This document shows, piece by piece, positions 11,359 through 24,020 of a stretch of DNA of 64,000 nt. The position numbers and the translations under genes were made by a program. The notes below the pieces were generated by a model. It saw only the letters and a program-made list of their open reading frames with translations, had not been told where the DNA came from and searched no databases. This DNA comes from Cenococcum geophilum. Taxonomy: Eukaryota. Position 1 is the stretch's first letter, and the number at the start of each line of letters is the position of its first letter. The stretch covers positions 9,982,001 through 10,046,000 of the forward strand of contig CP158636.1 in the NCBI GenBank assembly GCA_050273025.1, written 5' to 3'.

Positions 11359-14023
11359 TAAGCTGGCAATACCTATGGATTAAATAGTGTATATAGGATT
11401 GTTCTTATTAGGAAGAGCACTTAAATAGTTTAAGTCTTACCTTATAGAGATACAAGTAAATGGGATAATAACTATAAACTAAGAAGTACGGTTTATGTTC
11501 TTAAGCTAGAATGGATTTATAAAACGACTTACGCAAATATTTAGAGACCTAGAGGCAGTAACTATAGCGGAAAGAAAACTCCAAGATATTATATAATAAA
11601 CCTTAGTAATTAAATATATAACGCAGTTTTAAACGCTAGCAATATAAGTTAAGTAGAATAATAAGGCGCTTATAGCACAGTATAAGTAAGGACTTAAGGC
11701 TAAAGTCTAGGACGCGATTATCCTAATAGAAGATATAGATACCCTATAAGAACTAATAGATTAAGCAATTAAGATTAATAATTAGATCTACTAAAGGGAA
11801 TAGACTAAGAGAGGTTAGGACAGAGTTCTATAGTTATATAAGGCGTAGAGTATATAACGACTAAGACTAAGTTAAAAACTATAGTATAGCGTAGAGCTAA
11901 TAGACCTAAGTAGTACTAAAGAAGCCTATAAGAGATGGAGTAAAAAACTATAAAAACCTAGAAGTTAAGGATCTAGTAATTACAGGACTAAGGAGTAGAG
12001 GCTAAACTAGGGATCTTAGCAGCAGAAGATATTTAGGCGAACTCTATAGCAAAGTTAATGGTTTAAAGACGGAGCTTATATAAATTGCGGAAAATAGGGT
12101 TACTTCGCGAGGGATTATAAAGATGGTTAGAGTTACTATATAATAAAGGGAACCAGACTAATAGTAGACGGCATATATATATAGAGGGATAATAGCATAC
12201 TGCGAGGAATAAAAGAATATTTAATTAGAAGTTTTACGTTTTGTTATAATAACGCATGCCAAATTTATAAAGATGCTAAGTATGGTGTAAGCTACTGGCC
12301 ATAGGAGCCAAAATCTACTAAATATAGAGGAACTAATAAACCAGTTCGCAGATCGGATATTAAGGATAATGAATTTAATATAGGCGAAACATTTTATAAC
12401 AATAAGGCGATAAAGGCGGCTTACTAGGAGCGCGTAGACCTTAGAGATATTATATAAGAGGTAGAGGATAATTCTACTATAGAATAGGGAACATTAGTAG
12501 GGATCGAGACCCTACTAGATACGATATCTATCGCTTTACGAGACGTAAGAGAAGTAGGGCAGCGAATTACTTCGGCACTTAATAAAGGCAAAAGGCTAAA
12601 GGCTTAAGACTCTTAAGACGAGATAAGAGATAACTAAGATTCTTAAGACGAGATAAGGTAAGCTTAAGGACCTATAATAGATAATAACCGATAGAGTAGA
12701 GTAGTAGCTTAATTCAGCAATATACAAATAAGCTTAGGATAAAGTTTTCTATAGGCACAAGACTCTTAAGATAAGATGAGTAAGATTTAAGACTCTTAAG
12801 ACGAGATAAGAACACCTAAGCCTAGTTAGACTAAGGCTAGAGCTTAGCTTAAGAAAGAAGTAAGCTTAGGATTAAAGAATCTAAGGGATTAAGAATTTAG
12901 AGAATAAATAAGGACACCTATAGGTAAGAGGCAAGGCGCTTTGTTATAGATTAGAGAATCTGTAATATAAATAGTAGTTAGGCTAGGAGACAGATATATA
13001 GACCTAGAGGACTTATCAGGAGAATATAGTGTTTGGCCTAAAGATTAAAAAGTTAATACTAGGATTAAAAAGTAAGAAGACTTTATAGATCTATCTATAA
13101 GACGTAAACTAAAAGAAACTATAGAAAAATTTAGGCAAAGAATTATCGTATAGCAAGAGCAGAAACTAGATAAGAGATCTAGCACGTTAGGCCGTATAAG
13201 GGATAGAGCACTAGTATAAAGGATTACTAATAGGCCTAGGACAGGTATATTAAGAGCTAAGTGGCTTACTAAACTGGAAAACGAAGAGGATTTAGGGATT
13301 TCTACTAGGTTCGAAGAACGACACATAAAGGGCTATTACGACGCAGTAATAAGAAGATACTTCCTTATGGACAAGCCGTATATACTCTAGTAGCTATACT
13401 AAAAGTAGTATAGGCAGAGGCACAACGATAAGTAGGAAGACTTTTATATATAGTTAGACAAAAAAGTTATCTAAAACCACCTAATTATAGAAAAGGCTAT
13501 GAGTTATATTAAAGGAGCCTTAATTATAATATTAAAGGATCTTAAGGAGTAATTAGAGGACTGGAGAAGCGAGAAGCAAATCTTAGTACTAGCGAATAAA
13601 GTTATAACGCTTAGATCGATGCGAGAAAGGTTTAAACTTAAGGATAAAAACAAGCTAAGAGTTAACCCAAGACACCTAGTATATATAGATAATGTGTGTA
13701 ATATGTATAGAATACCTAAGGATAAAAATTAGAAGTATTTAATAAGAATATATTGGATAACGGACGAGGCGAATTATAGAAACGCTAAGTATATATATAG
13801 TTGGCACCCCATAGAAGTGCAAACCTAAAGAGACTTAATACTTTAACTAGGAAGATTCCTTACGGAAGAATACCTAGACGGACAATAGTGGTAGGAATGC
13901 CTAGAGAATATGTGTTTATGGTATATTAAAGATAAAAAGCGAACTAAGTATTAGCTAAAGTTGGACCAAGTATAAACAGAATTAAGTAGCTAATAGTTAG
14001 GAAAAGTAGAGGCCTATAAAACT

Positions 14024-17000
14024 TGTAACCGACTATCGGTACTATGCTGTTGTCGACCTAAGATCGGACTTGCTTACTACCGTCTCACTACCTTAGCTGC
14101 TTACCCCTGCATATCTTACCATTCAGCTGCTTACCCTTGTAATTCTTATCACCTGTCTCTATTCCTTGCATCTTCCTTATATATATATAGAGAGCCTCTA
14201 GAGCTACATTTATAATTAAGTTGTTCACTTAATTCTCCCACACTACACTGTTATAGTTATGAGCCCGGATCGCACTACCTGCTGACCAATTAATCTACTA
14301 CCTCATTCAAGAAGTTACTACTTCTACTACCTTTGCAGTGTCTCGAGCTTCTTCACCTATTAAATGAACGGACAATTGACGCTGACGGACGATCGAACCC
14401 GACTAATGAACGAGCTGACGAATTAAATCAAGAGCTCGAAACGTTAAAATAAGGTTTAGCCTTGACGCTAGCTGGACCCTGGCTTGGACCCTTCCTAACC
14501 CAATTAAACTCTAAAATGACGACCAATACGAACGAGTCTTTATCCAAAATCAACGTTATCCTCAACTAGCCATCTGATTGGATGCAATGGTTCTTTATTA
14601 TTTAAGATACTGCCAAAACCAACAAGGTATGGGAGTACATCGACCTATTAAAGAAGAAAGACGAGCTTCCGAGCCTAGAACTACCAAATTGACCTACACC
14701 GAAAGACGTACTTCCCACTGCTATATTGATAGCACAGCTGGACTAAACCAAACTCACTGCGTATAATTAACTCTACGCTGAGTACAAGGACGATCTACGC
14801 ATATACTAGAAGAAAGAGCAGGCTATAAGCGAGGTCAGCAACTATATCGTTTGATTGATATTGGCATCCTACCTCCCTCTCATTAAAGACCTCGAAACGG
14901 TATACAAACGCCTTCAAGCGTTGAAGACTGTACTCGCCCCTATTACCTCAGGTCAAAAGCACGACGTCCTAAATCAGTACGCGGCTCTCAAGGCCTACAA
15001 TAAAAAGCAGAACATCGAAAAATGGTTGAACAGCTGGAGGAGCGTTTATAAGCTGGCAGAGGAATTGGAGCTTCCAGACGTATAGGGATTCAGACCCTAC
15101 TATGATTTCGTTCGAGCCATCAAACCCATCTCTTCTAGTTTTACAGGAGCTTTAGAAGTAGACCTTATTCGGAAAGAACGGAAGAATGAAGCCGCCCCAT
15201 CTATCATCGATCTCATTAAGGAATTCAAGGAGCACTACCGCATGCAGCAAATAGCATCATCATCGTCTACCTCGACTGCCAATAACTCTGCTTTTGCAAC
15301 CCTTCAAAACAATTCTAATTCTAATTTAGACCCTAATAGTAATTCAAATTTAAATTTGAGATGGAACAAGGAATGCATATGCGGCCTCATATATTGATTC
15401 AGTGACTGCTACTACATTGCTAAGCATAAGCGCCCTCAAGGATGGAGACCAAGGGTAGATGTCTAGAAGAAGGTAGATGAAACGATCTCATCTATACCTT
15501 GGATTAAGCGCGCCGTTGACCGTATCCAAAAAAGAGGATAGGAAGCAAAGGAGAATAATTAAAAGAGCATAGAATCTACAATTGATTTTGATTCTAAAAC
15601 CCCAGCTTCTACCACACTGACTAGCTATGCTGCCGTGTTTAGTACTGGTTAAGTTCCTTTCGAACTTTAGAACACCTGGATACTCGACCCTGGTGTAGAT
15701 ACCCACGTCTGTAATAATGAGGATGACTTTACATTCTCCTACCTAGCAGCAGAAGACGACTACCTAATTGCTGGCGGAAATTTTGAAAAAATACAAGCTT
15801 ACGGAATAGTAACTATTACTGTTGATACACCTACTGGGAAGTCAAAAATGAGGCTATTTTATGTAGCACTAGTACCCACTATGTTCACAAATATCGTAGC
15901 GCTATTAAGAGCTACTGACAACGATATCTATTTTGACTTAGGACGAAATTTGCTCTACCGTTTAGCAACTGGCGAAACAGTATGCTATGTGAGACGACTA
16001 GGGGGCCACTGGGCACTGATGTACAGAGAGCCTACCCTAGATTCAACCAATCAATTGACCTTCTTAACAGGAAGATATCAGCCAAGTAGAATGGCCCGTA
16101 AACTAGTCGGAGCCACCGCTATAAAATGGCATAAAATTCTCGGCCATGTAGGACCTGACGCTATCGAGTAGCTTCCTAAGCACGTCAATGGCGCAGAGCT
16201 TACCGAATTAACTACCGAACGAGCACCGCTTAAAATCGAATGTGAAACTTGCTTATTAGCAAAGTATACGCAGCAGATCTCTTAAAGACGAGAGCACGAA
16301 TATCCAGCCAATCGACTATTTGAACGGCTAGCATTTGATATTATCGACCTAGGAGTACCTGGATATAACGGCGACAGATACATCATACATTTCTATTGCA
16401 CGTATTCTAAATTTAACTTTGTGTTCACCTCCAAGAATAAGGACAAAGCTACTGTCCTACCTACTATTCGCAAGACCTACCGGCTAATCAAAATACGATT
16501 CCACTAAGACGTCGTCTTCTTCTGGAGCGATGACGAACGAGCTTTTGGACAGACAGGAGACACCCTACAGACGTGGTGTGCAGACGAAGGCATTACTTTT
16601 GAATGCCGAGCCCCGTATACAGAAGAACAAAATGGCGGAGCTGAATGATTTGGACGAACCCTTATGGAATGATTAAGGGCCATGCAGCTAGAAGCTTCCT
16701 TACCCCTATCTCTAGGACCAGAAGCTTTCCTTGCTGCTGGATACGCACTTAATCGAACACCAAATGAGTAACTAGGGTGGAGAACTCCGTACGAGATCGC
16801 CTACGGCAAACCGCCATCACTTACCTATATGTATGTATACGGTTGTAAGACCTATACGCTGAATAAGCAAGTCAGAAAGGGAGACAAGCTAGCTCTTCGC
16901 GCACTGATTGGACATCTAGTCGGCTACGATTCAACTAATATCTATCGAATCTGGATTCCAAGTCTCCGCAAGGTCATCCGAACTAGAGACGTTACATTTG

Positions 17001-19534
17001 ACGAGACCTCGTTCTATAACCCCAAGGGTCAGAACATTGACTACCTGCTAAGGGAAGCACTAGAGGACACTATTTAGACAATCAGTCTACCAGAAACTCT
17101 ATACGAGGACGAATCTGAGGATGAATCTATCCTATATAGATCTACCTCGAATGCAGATCAAACGACTGCATCGAGCGACTTAGTAGAGCCTCCTACGAAG
17201 GACATCGAACAGCTACTGACTCCTAGCAGGACGGTATCTCCAGATCTGCCAGAAACAAACACCACACCGGGAGGACTTCAAGATGATATCGTGGATACAA
17301 TTGAAACAGATTCTACCCAGTCAAGCTCACCAGAATTATCTAATAGAGCAACTAATACAGCTCTACGAGCTAACGAAATCTCGGCCAAACCTTCTGCCGA
17401 TTTTATCCTACCAGAAGGATCTAAACGAGCACGACGTCAAGTATATACAATAGCACTAGCAAATCTATCTACCCTATTTGGTTACTACGCTGGCTTTGCC
17501 ATAGGACTAGTAAAGGATGTCAACCAAACTAGATCCTTATCCTCATCTCTATATCGGGATAATCTTCCTCCTAAACCAAAGAACCTTAAAGATCTAAGAA
17601 AGCATCCTTTAACTGCTGGCTTCTAAGAAGCTATGGAAAAAGAATATAATGACCTTAAGCGCCGAGAGACATTCAAGACTGTACCAAAAGAAGAAGTAAG
17701 TAACGAGCAGATCCTTCCGCTAAAATGGGTCTTTAAATATAAGTTCGACAGCGACGGTTATCTTCAAAAGCTTAAGGCTCGACTATGCGTCCGCGGAGAC
17801 CTATAGATCACTGAGGAAGAGACCTATGCAGCTACCCTAGCTGCTCGAATATTTCGTGCCCTTATGGCTATTGCAGCTGCATTCGATTTAGAAATTCGAC
17901 AGTATGACGCCGTAAACGCGTTTATAAATGCCAAGCTAGTTAAGCCAGTCTACTGCTACTGCCTAGAAGGATTTGATCAAAACGGACATATCCTAAAGCT
18001 ACTCATGGCGCTATACGGATTGAAAATCTCACCACTACTTTGGTATAAAGAGCTCACCAGTACACTATTAAAATTTGGGTTAAAGCCTATCCTAGGTACC
18101 AACTGCCTATTTACCGATGGACGACTTATTGTCTTCTTTTACGTAGACGATATTGCCGTTCTATTTGCCAAAAAGGACCTTTAAAGACTTGAAGAATTTG
18201 AAGCCAAATTACTACACCGATACGAGATCTGTGCACTAGGAGACCTACAGTGGTTCCTAGGAATTCGAATTGAACGAGATCGACTAAGTCGAAAGATCTG
18301 GCTCTGCCAAGATTCCTATATCGAAAAGATAGCCAATTGATTCAATATTTAACCACCAGGAAGATTTCCTAAGTCACCACTTCCTGCCGAAGAACTGATT
18401 CCGTCCGACCAGCAGACGAACCCTCAAAGAACACTAGCCTATTAGCAATGAGTCGGTTCCCTTGCGCACCTTGCCGTATTTGGAAGACCTGATATTGCAA
18501 AGACGCATTCTAAGCTGGCCGAATTCCTTACTAATCTAAATCAAAAACACCTTAACGCAGCAAACCAAGCTATTGCCTACTGCCTTAGAACAAAATCGAC
18601 AGCTATTAAATACTCTGGCGAAGTATTCGGAGCCTATGTCTACTTTAAAAACACTAAAGGAGAAGACGTTACCTTTTATGGAGTATCCGATGCAGCATTT
18701 GCGGACTATAAAGACACTAGACGGAGCTCTTAAGGATACCTATTTATCCTATTTGGAGGACTAATTGATTGGAAAGCGATACTGCAGCGATCTGTTACTT
18801 GTTTAACTACCGAAGCGGAGCTTCTCTCCCTGTCTACGGCTGCTGTTGAAATTATCTGGTGGTAGTGTTTCTTTGAGGCAATCGGCTTCAATTTAGAGCG
18901 TGAATTTACCCTACTCTGCGACAATATGCAGACTATCCGCTTACTAAGACAAGATACACTAAAACTGGATACTAAGCTTCGATATATCGACGTCTATTAG
19001 CACTGGCTGAGACAGGAAGTCTAAGACAAAAAGATTGACGTACGATGGGTCCCTACAGACAAGATGCCTGCTGACGGTCTTACCAAGATACTACCTCGTT
19101 AAAGGCACGAAGTGTGGATAAAGCAGTTAAATCTGGTGGATATTCGATATTAAATTGCTACTGCATTATCTGACAAAGACCTTTGAACATTACCCTATCC
19201 TTTTACTACTCCTAAATTGTATTCAGAATTTCCTATTTTGGTATAATCTTTACCTTCATTTTATTTTCTACAGCTTTAACTACACCGTTAAATCTGGGGG
19301 TGTGTAACCGACTATCGGTACTATGCTGTTGTCGACCTAAGATCGGACTTGCTTACTACCGTCTTACTACCTTAGCTGCTTACCCCTGCATATCTTACCA
19401 TTTAGCTGCTTACCCTTGTAATTCTTATCACCTGTCTCTATTCCTTGCATCTTCCTTATATATATATAGAGAGCCTCTAGAGCTACATTTACAATCAAGT
19501 CGTTTACTCAATTCTCCTACACTACACTGTTACA
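14024..19534 (+). mobile_element. Full-length Ty1/Copia element (family G), lightly RIP-mutated
   Basis: 232-bp LTRs 14024-14255 and 19303-19534; 5-bp TSD AAACT (14019-23, 19535-39); GTTATGAGCC after the 5' LTR; G-rich tract before the 3' LTR. Confidence 0.97.
14516..19186 (+). pseudogene. Copia gag-pol polyprotein with RIP-derived stop codons
   Basis: Motifs in Copia order: protease WILDPGVDTHVCN, integrase WHKILGHVG and EQNGGAE, LVGYDSTNIYRIW, RT ALYGLKISPLLW and YVDD, RNase H ADGLTK. Confidence 0.93.
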
Positions 19535-22500
19535 AAACTAGAGGGAGCTAGTAGTAGAGCCTTAGACCCTTAAAGGAATTTAAGGACAACACCTAAATTT
19601 ATAAGTAAAATAGTAAGATTAGCAGTTTAAGGCATTGATAGATAGTGGAGTAATAAGGAACTATATCTCGCTAGCAGTAATTAAAAGAATGGGGTTACTA
19701 TATAGGAAAAAAGAATGTTCTTACCTATTAGTGATAATTTTAGGAGATCCGATAGCCTATAGAGGAGGCATTATTAATCTTAAAATAGGACCTATTTAGT
19801 TAACCACTAAAGGGAGATAAATTAAGATATCTTTTGATATATTACTATTAGGGAATAATAAGGCAGTACTAGGAATGCCTTAGTTATAGGAATATAATCT
19901 AAAGATTAATTGGATTATAGGTTAAGTCGATATTAGGGATACTTAACGGCGTAAAATGTGATAATAAGCCAAGTTAGTATGGTACTAAGTAGGAGCAACC
20001 TATAAAGAAATAGAAAAGGGACTAAGTTACGTACTAAAAAGATACCACAAGTATAGCAAGAAACTATAGTCGCTAAAAAGTAAGAAGCTATTAGAGTATA
20101 TAGTATAGGACTATAAGATAGAATTAGAACTAGGAATAAGTCTAAGGTTTTTTTTTATTTATAAGCTTACTGAAGAAGAGGGTAAAGTATTAAAAGATTT
20201 TATCTAGGAAAACCTATAAAAGGGATATATTAGACTATTGCAGTTATTAGTAGGATATCTAGTACTATTTATACTAAAGAAAAATGGCAAACTAAGGCTG
20301 TGTATCGACTATAGATAGTTAAATAGCATTACTAGGAAGGATAGGTATCCTTTACCCTTAATTAGCGAAATCTAAGATAGGTATACCATTAGATCTAGAT
20401 TAAGGAAGGCGACGAATAGAAGGCAGCCTTTAGGTCAAAGGAAGGACTATATAAACTATTAGTTATGCAATTCGGGCTTATAAACGCACTAGCAACGTTC
20501 TAGAAGCGTATTAACAATATATTAGGAGAATACTTAGATGAATTTATTATAGTATATCTTAACGATATTATTATCTACTTAATAATTAAGGAAGAATATA
20601 GAGAATACGTTAAATAGGTTTTAAAGAGACTATAGGAAGAATAGATGCTAGTAGTAATTAAGAAATACGAGTTCTTTACTAGGAAGACCGATTTTATTAG
20701 ATTTATTATTAAGCTAGGCCAACTTAATATAGATCTAAAGAAGATTAAGGTTATAGTAAATTGGTAAAAACCGGAGAACGTTATATAGTTAAGATCGTTT
20801 TTAGGGTTTTACAATTACTGTAGAAGGTTTATAGCATAATGGCTAAAGAATATTAAACCACTTACGCGGTTAATAAAGAAAGAAGAACCATAGGTATAAG
20901 GAAAGGAGCAATAAGAATTATTTAAGAAAATTAAAGAGTTATTTACTTAAGAGCCAGTTCTTAAGATCTATTAACTAGGACTAGAAATGGTAATAAAAAC
21001 GGATATATTAGACTATATACTAGGGGCATACCTTATATAAAAATATTAAGATAGATAGCACCTAGTGGCATACTATAGTAGGAAGATAATACTATTAGAG
21101 TTAAACTATAACATCTATAATAAGGAGTTATTAGGTATAGCTATAGTACTAAAAAAATTAAGAGCGTTCTTATAAGGTATAGAGAAACTATTTATAGTTA
21201 AGATGGATTATAAAAACCTAACGGGATTTCTAACGATAAAGGAACTTAATTAAAGATAGGTTAGATAGGCAGAGATGCTTATAGAATACTATTTCGAAAT
21301 TTAGTATACTAAGGGTACAGATAACACATAAGTAGACGCTCTAAGTTGAAAAGCTAAACTATAAAATGACGAAAAGCCATTAGGGGCTTTACTGCGAAAA
21401 GATATAGACGGATTAATTAGATATAATTATCTAAGAATTGCAGCTACTTAGGAAGGATTAGGGAAAATCTATAAGTCACTAAAAAGCTTTTAGGTAAAAA
21501 GAATTCTAAAAGTATAGCTAAAAGATCTACAGACGGATATATACGAAAATTAAGAAGTAAAGTACATCCTAAGAAGCATAGTAGAGTAATTTATAGGAGA
21601 TTTCTATAGGGGATTGACTTAAGGATATAATGGAGCTATAGGCTTAGTGTTAAGACTTTAAGAAGAGTATATTATTAATAGAATCTAAAGCTTAGCGCGG
21701 AAGGTTATAAAGAAGTGCCTAAATTACTAAAGGAATAAACTAACGAGGTATAAGCTATATAGAAGGCTATAACCTATTAAAATACCAGAGAGACTATAGG
21801 AGGTCATATTATAGGACTTTATTATTAAGTTACTAAAGTTAAGAGACCCTATTACCAGATAAGATTATAACATAATCTTAGTAATAGTAAATAAGCTTAT
21901 AAAGTAGGGATACTTTATAGCATATATAGAAGAAATATTAGTAGAAGATGTCGCTAGGATCTATATTAAAGAAGTGTTTGCAAGATATAAAGTACTAAGT
22001 AAGATTATATTAAATAGAGATCTAAGATTTATAGTAGTATTCTAGGAGGTATTCTTAGCGAAATAAGGAGTTAGAGCAGCGACTTTTACTATATATTACC
22101 TATAGACAGACGGTTAAATAGAAAGATTAAATTAGACACTAGAATAGTATCTAAGATACTATATTAATTACGTATAGAACAATTGGGTATTATTATTACT
22201 AGTTATACAGTTTACATATAATATAACACCTTAAGAGGGAATAGGCATATTACTATTTAAGGCAAATTACGGGTATAAGCTAAGGATATCGTTATTACTA
22301 TAATAAGCGAAGAAAATAAGTAGTATAGCTAAAGAAAGGATAAAGATGTTAATAAATCTTTATATAGACCTTATGGAATTAGTAAAAAAAGTATAAAAAA
22401 GAATAAAAAAAATACTATAACGCTAAGAAATCTAAGGGACTAGATCTTAAGGAGGGAGATAAAGTATAGCTACTATATAAAATTTTTAAAAGTTAACAAC

Positions 22501-22899
22501 TAAGTAAGAAGTTAGACTATATTAGACTAGGACCTTTTAAAATTATATAAAGGATTTTATTAGTTATATTTAAGTTAAACCTACTAGCTAAAATAAAGAT
22601 CTACCCTATATAGCACATTGTAATACTAGAGCTAGCATACGGAAATATTAAGCCACTAGTTTACAAAGTAGATACATATAGAGGATAAGAAGAAGATAAG
22701 TAGTAAGTTTTAAAGATCGTTAACTATAAGGATATTGACGATGAAATATAGTATAAGGTAAAGTGGATAGGCTATACTAAGACTACCTAGGAACTACCAG
22801 AGAACCCAAAAAACGCTATAGGAAAGGTATAGGAGTATCGGAAGAAATTAGGTTAGGTAATATTAATAAAAAAGGATTGCCAAAAAATAAGTTACCTAA

Positions 22900-23488
22900 G
22901 GGGGGCCTAAGAAGAGCAGTTGCTGAGCTACTTAGATCTGTTTCCTTCTCTATTAAAAGAGGGTCCGTTCTTTTATTACTAAGTTTCTATAGACCCTATT
23001 TTATAAGCTTCTACTCCTTAAAGCAGACCTTCTTACGTACTTTTTTAAGATAGATTAACTAAGTGAACGCTATAAGACAAGACTTAAGGGCCCGTTGCTA
23101 AGCATTAGCAGCCTCCTGTTCTATATTATAAGAACGGCGTAACTCCACTAGAGTAATAGACAGTTTATTATCTAGCTACGTAGCAGTAGATTAAACACGA
23201 AACCCTAAGATAAATTAACTAGGAAACTAGATAACTATTAAAAGTAATAGGTTATGTATATTTAGCATTAGAAACGGAGCGAACGTTATAGGACAAATAA
23301 ATATTTGCTTTAGTGCACTCTAAGTAAGAGAATGGTTATCGCGAATATAGGTTCGCCAACGTAATATAAACTAACCCCTTTTTTAAACAGCGAGAGTACG
23401 GAGATAGTATAATTGCACTAAGAGATAATATTATAGCAACGGTATAAATGCGACGAGTAGTTAAAGAGGAAGAAATCGCTTTAGGTAT
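22900..23488 (-). pseudogene. Antisense accessory gene of Gypsy family D: Zn2Cys6-like cysteine cluster, intron, predicted helical C-terminal part (RIP-mutated; 3' end approximate)
   Basis: Two-copy de-RIP reconstruction: MPKAISSS...MPSPCSRCxKKGLVCxTLANxxSRQPSSCxECTKANIxxSCNVRSVSDAE. CGC TGT and GAG TGC codons survive in this copy. Confidence 0.65.
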
Positions 23489-24020
23489 AATAAGCAATAA
23501 TATTAACCAAACTAATTAGACGGATATTATACCTTTAGTAAATAACTTAGAGATATTAGGAATCTTTAAGGACGAAGATAAGGAGGAGGGAGGTAGTATT
23601 ACAAACGCTTTAAGTACAATATTACGACTACTTAGAGAGGAGTTAGAAGAAGCTAGTTAGTTAATATAAGCACGGTCTAGGATAGAGCCGATAGAGCTAT
23701 ATAACGAGGAATAGTAACTAAGGTTATATGACGTAATCTGTATAATCTATAGGATCTATATAATCCATAATAGAGCGGATAGAGTATATATATATTATAT
23801 ACAAGAAGGATTTTATAGGAGTACGGTTGTGTATTTAAGGACCCTTAGTCCCTACCTAGATAGTTTCTTCCTTATAGTAATTCTTAGAATATAATTAGAG
23901 TTAATCTATTAGGTAACCACTCCACCAGTTATTATTACGTTATTAACTTTAATTTGCTTTACCTATACACCTAGCCTATTAATAAGCCTATTGTAGTTCT
24001 TGCTACAAGGTTCCGTTATA

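Larger units (their letters stand above)
8980..24020 (+). mobile_element. Ty3/Gypsy family D copy 1 (long gag region, RT, RNase H, integrase, chromodomain), interrupted by two younger elements
   Basis: The partial 5' LTR 8980-9186 equals the end of the 424-bp 3' LTR 23597-24020, which follows PPT ggaggagggaggtag. CCHC knuckle ~12080-12120; RT motifs MQFGL...YLNDIIIY ~20460-20580; chromodomain YKVKWIGY ~22750. Homologous to 57536-61376 (-). Confidence 0.9.
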
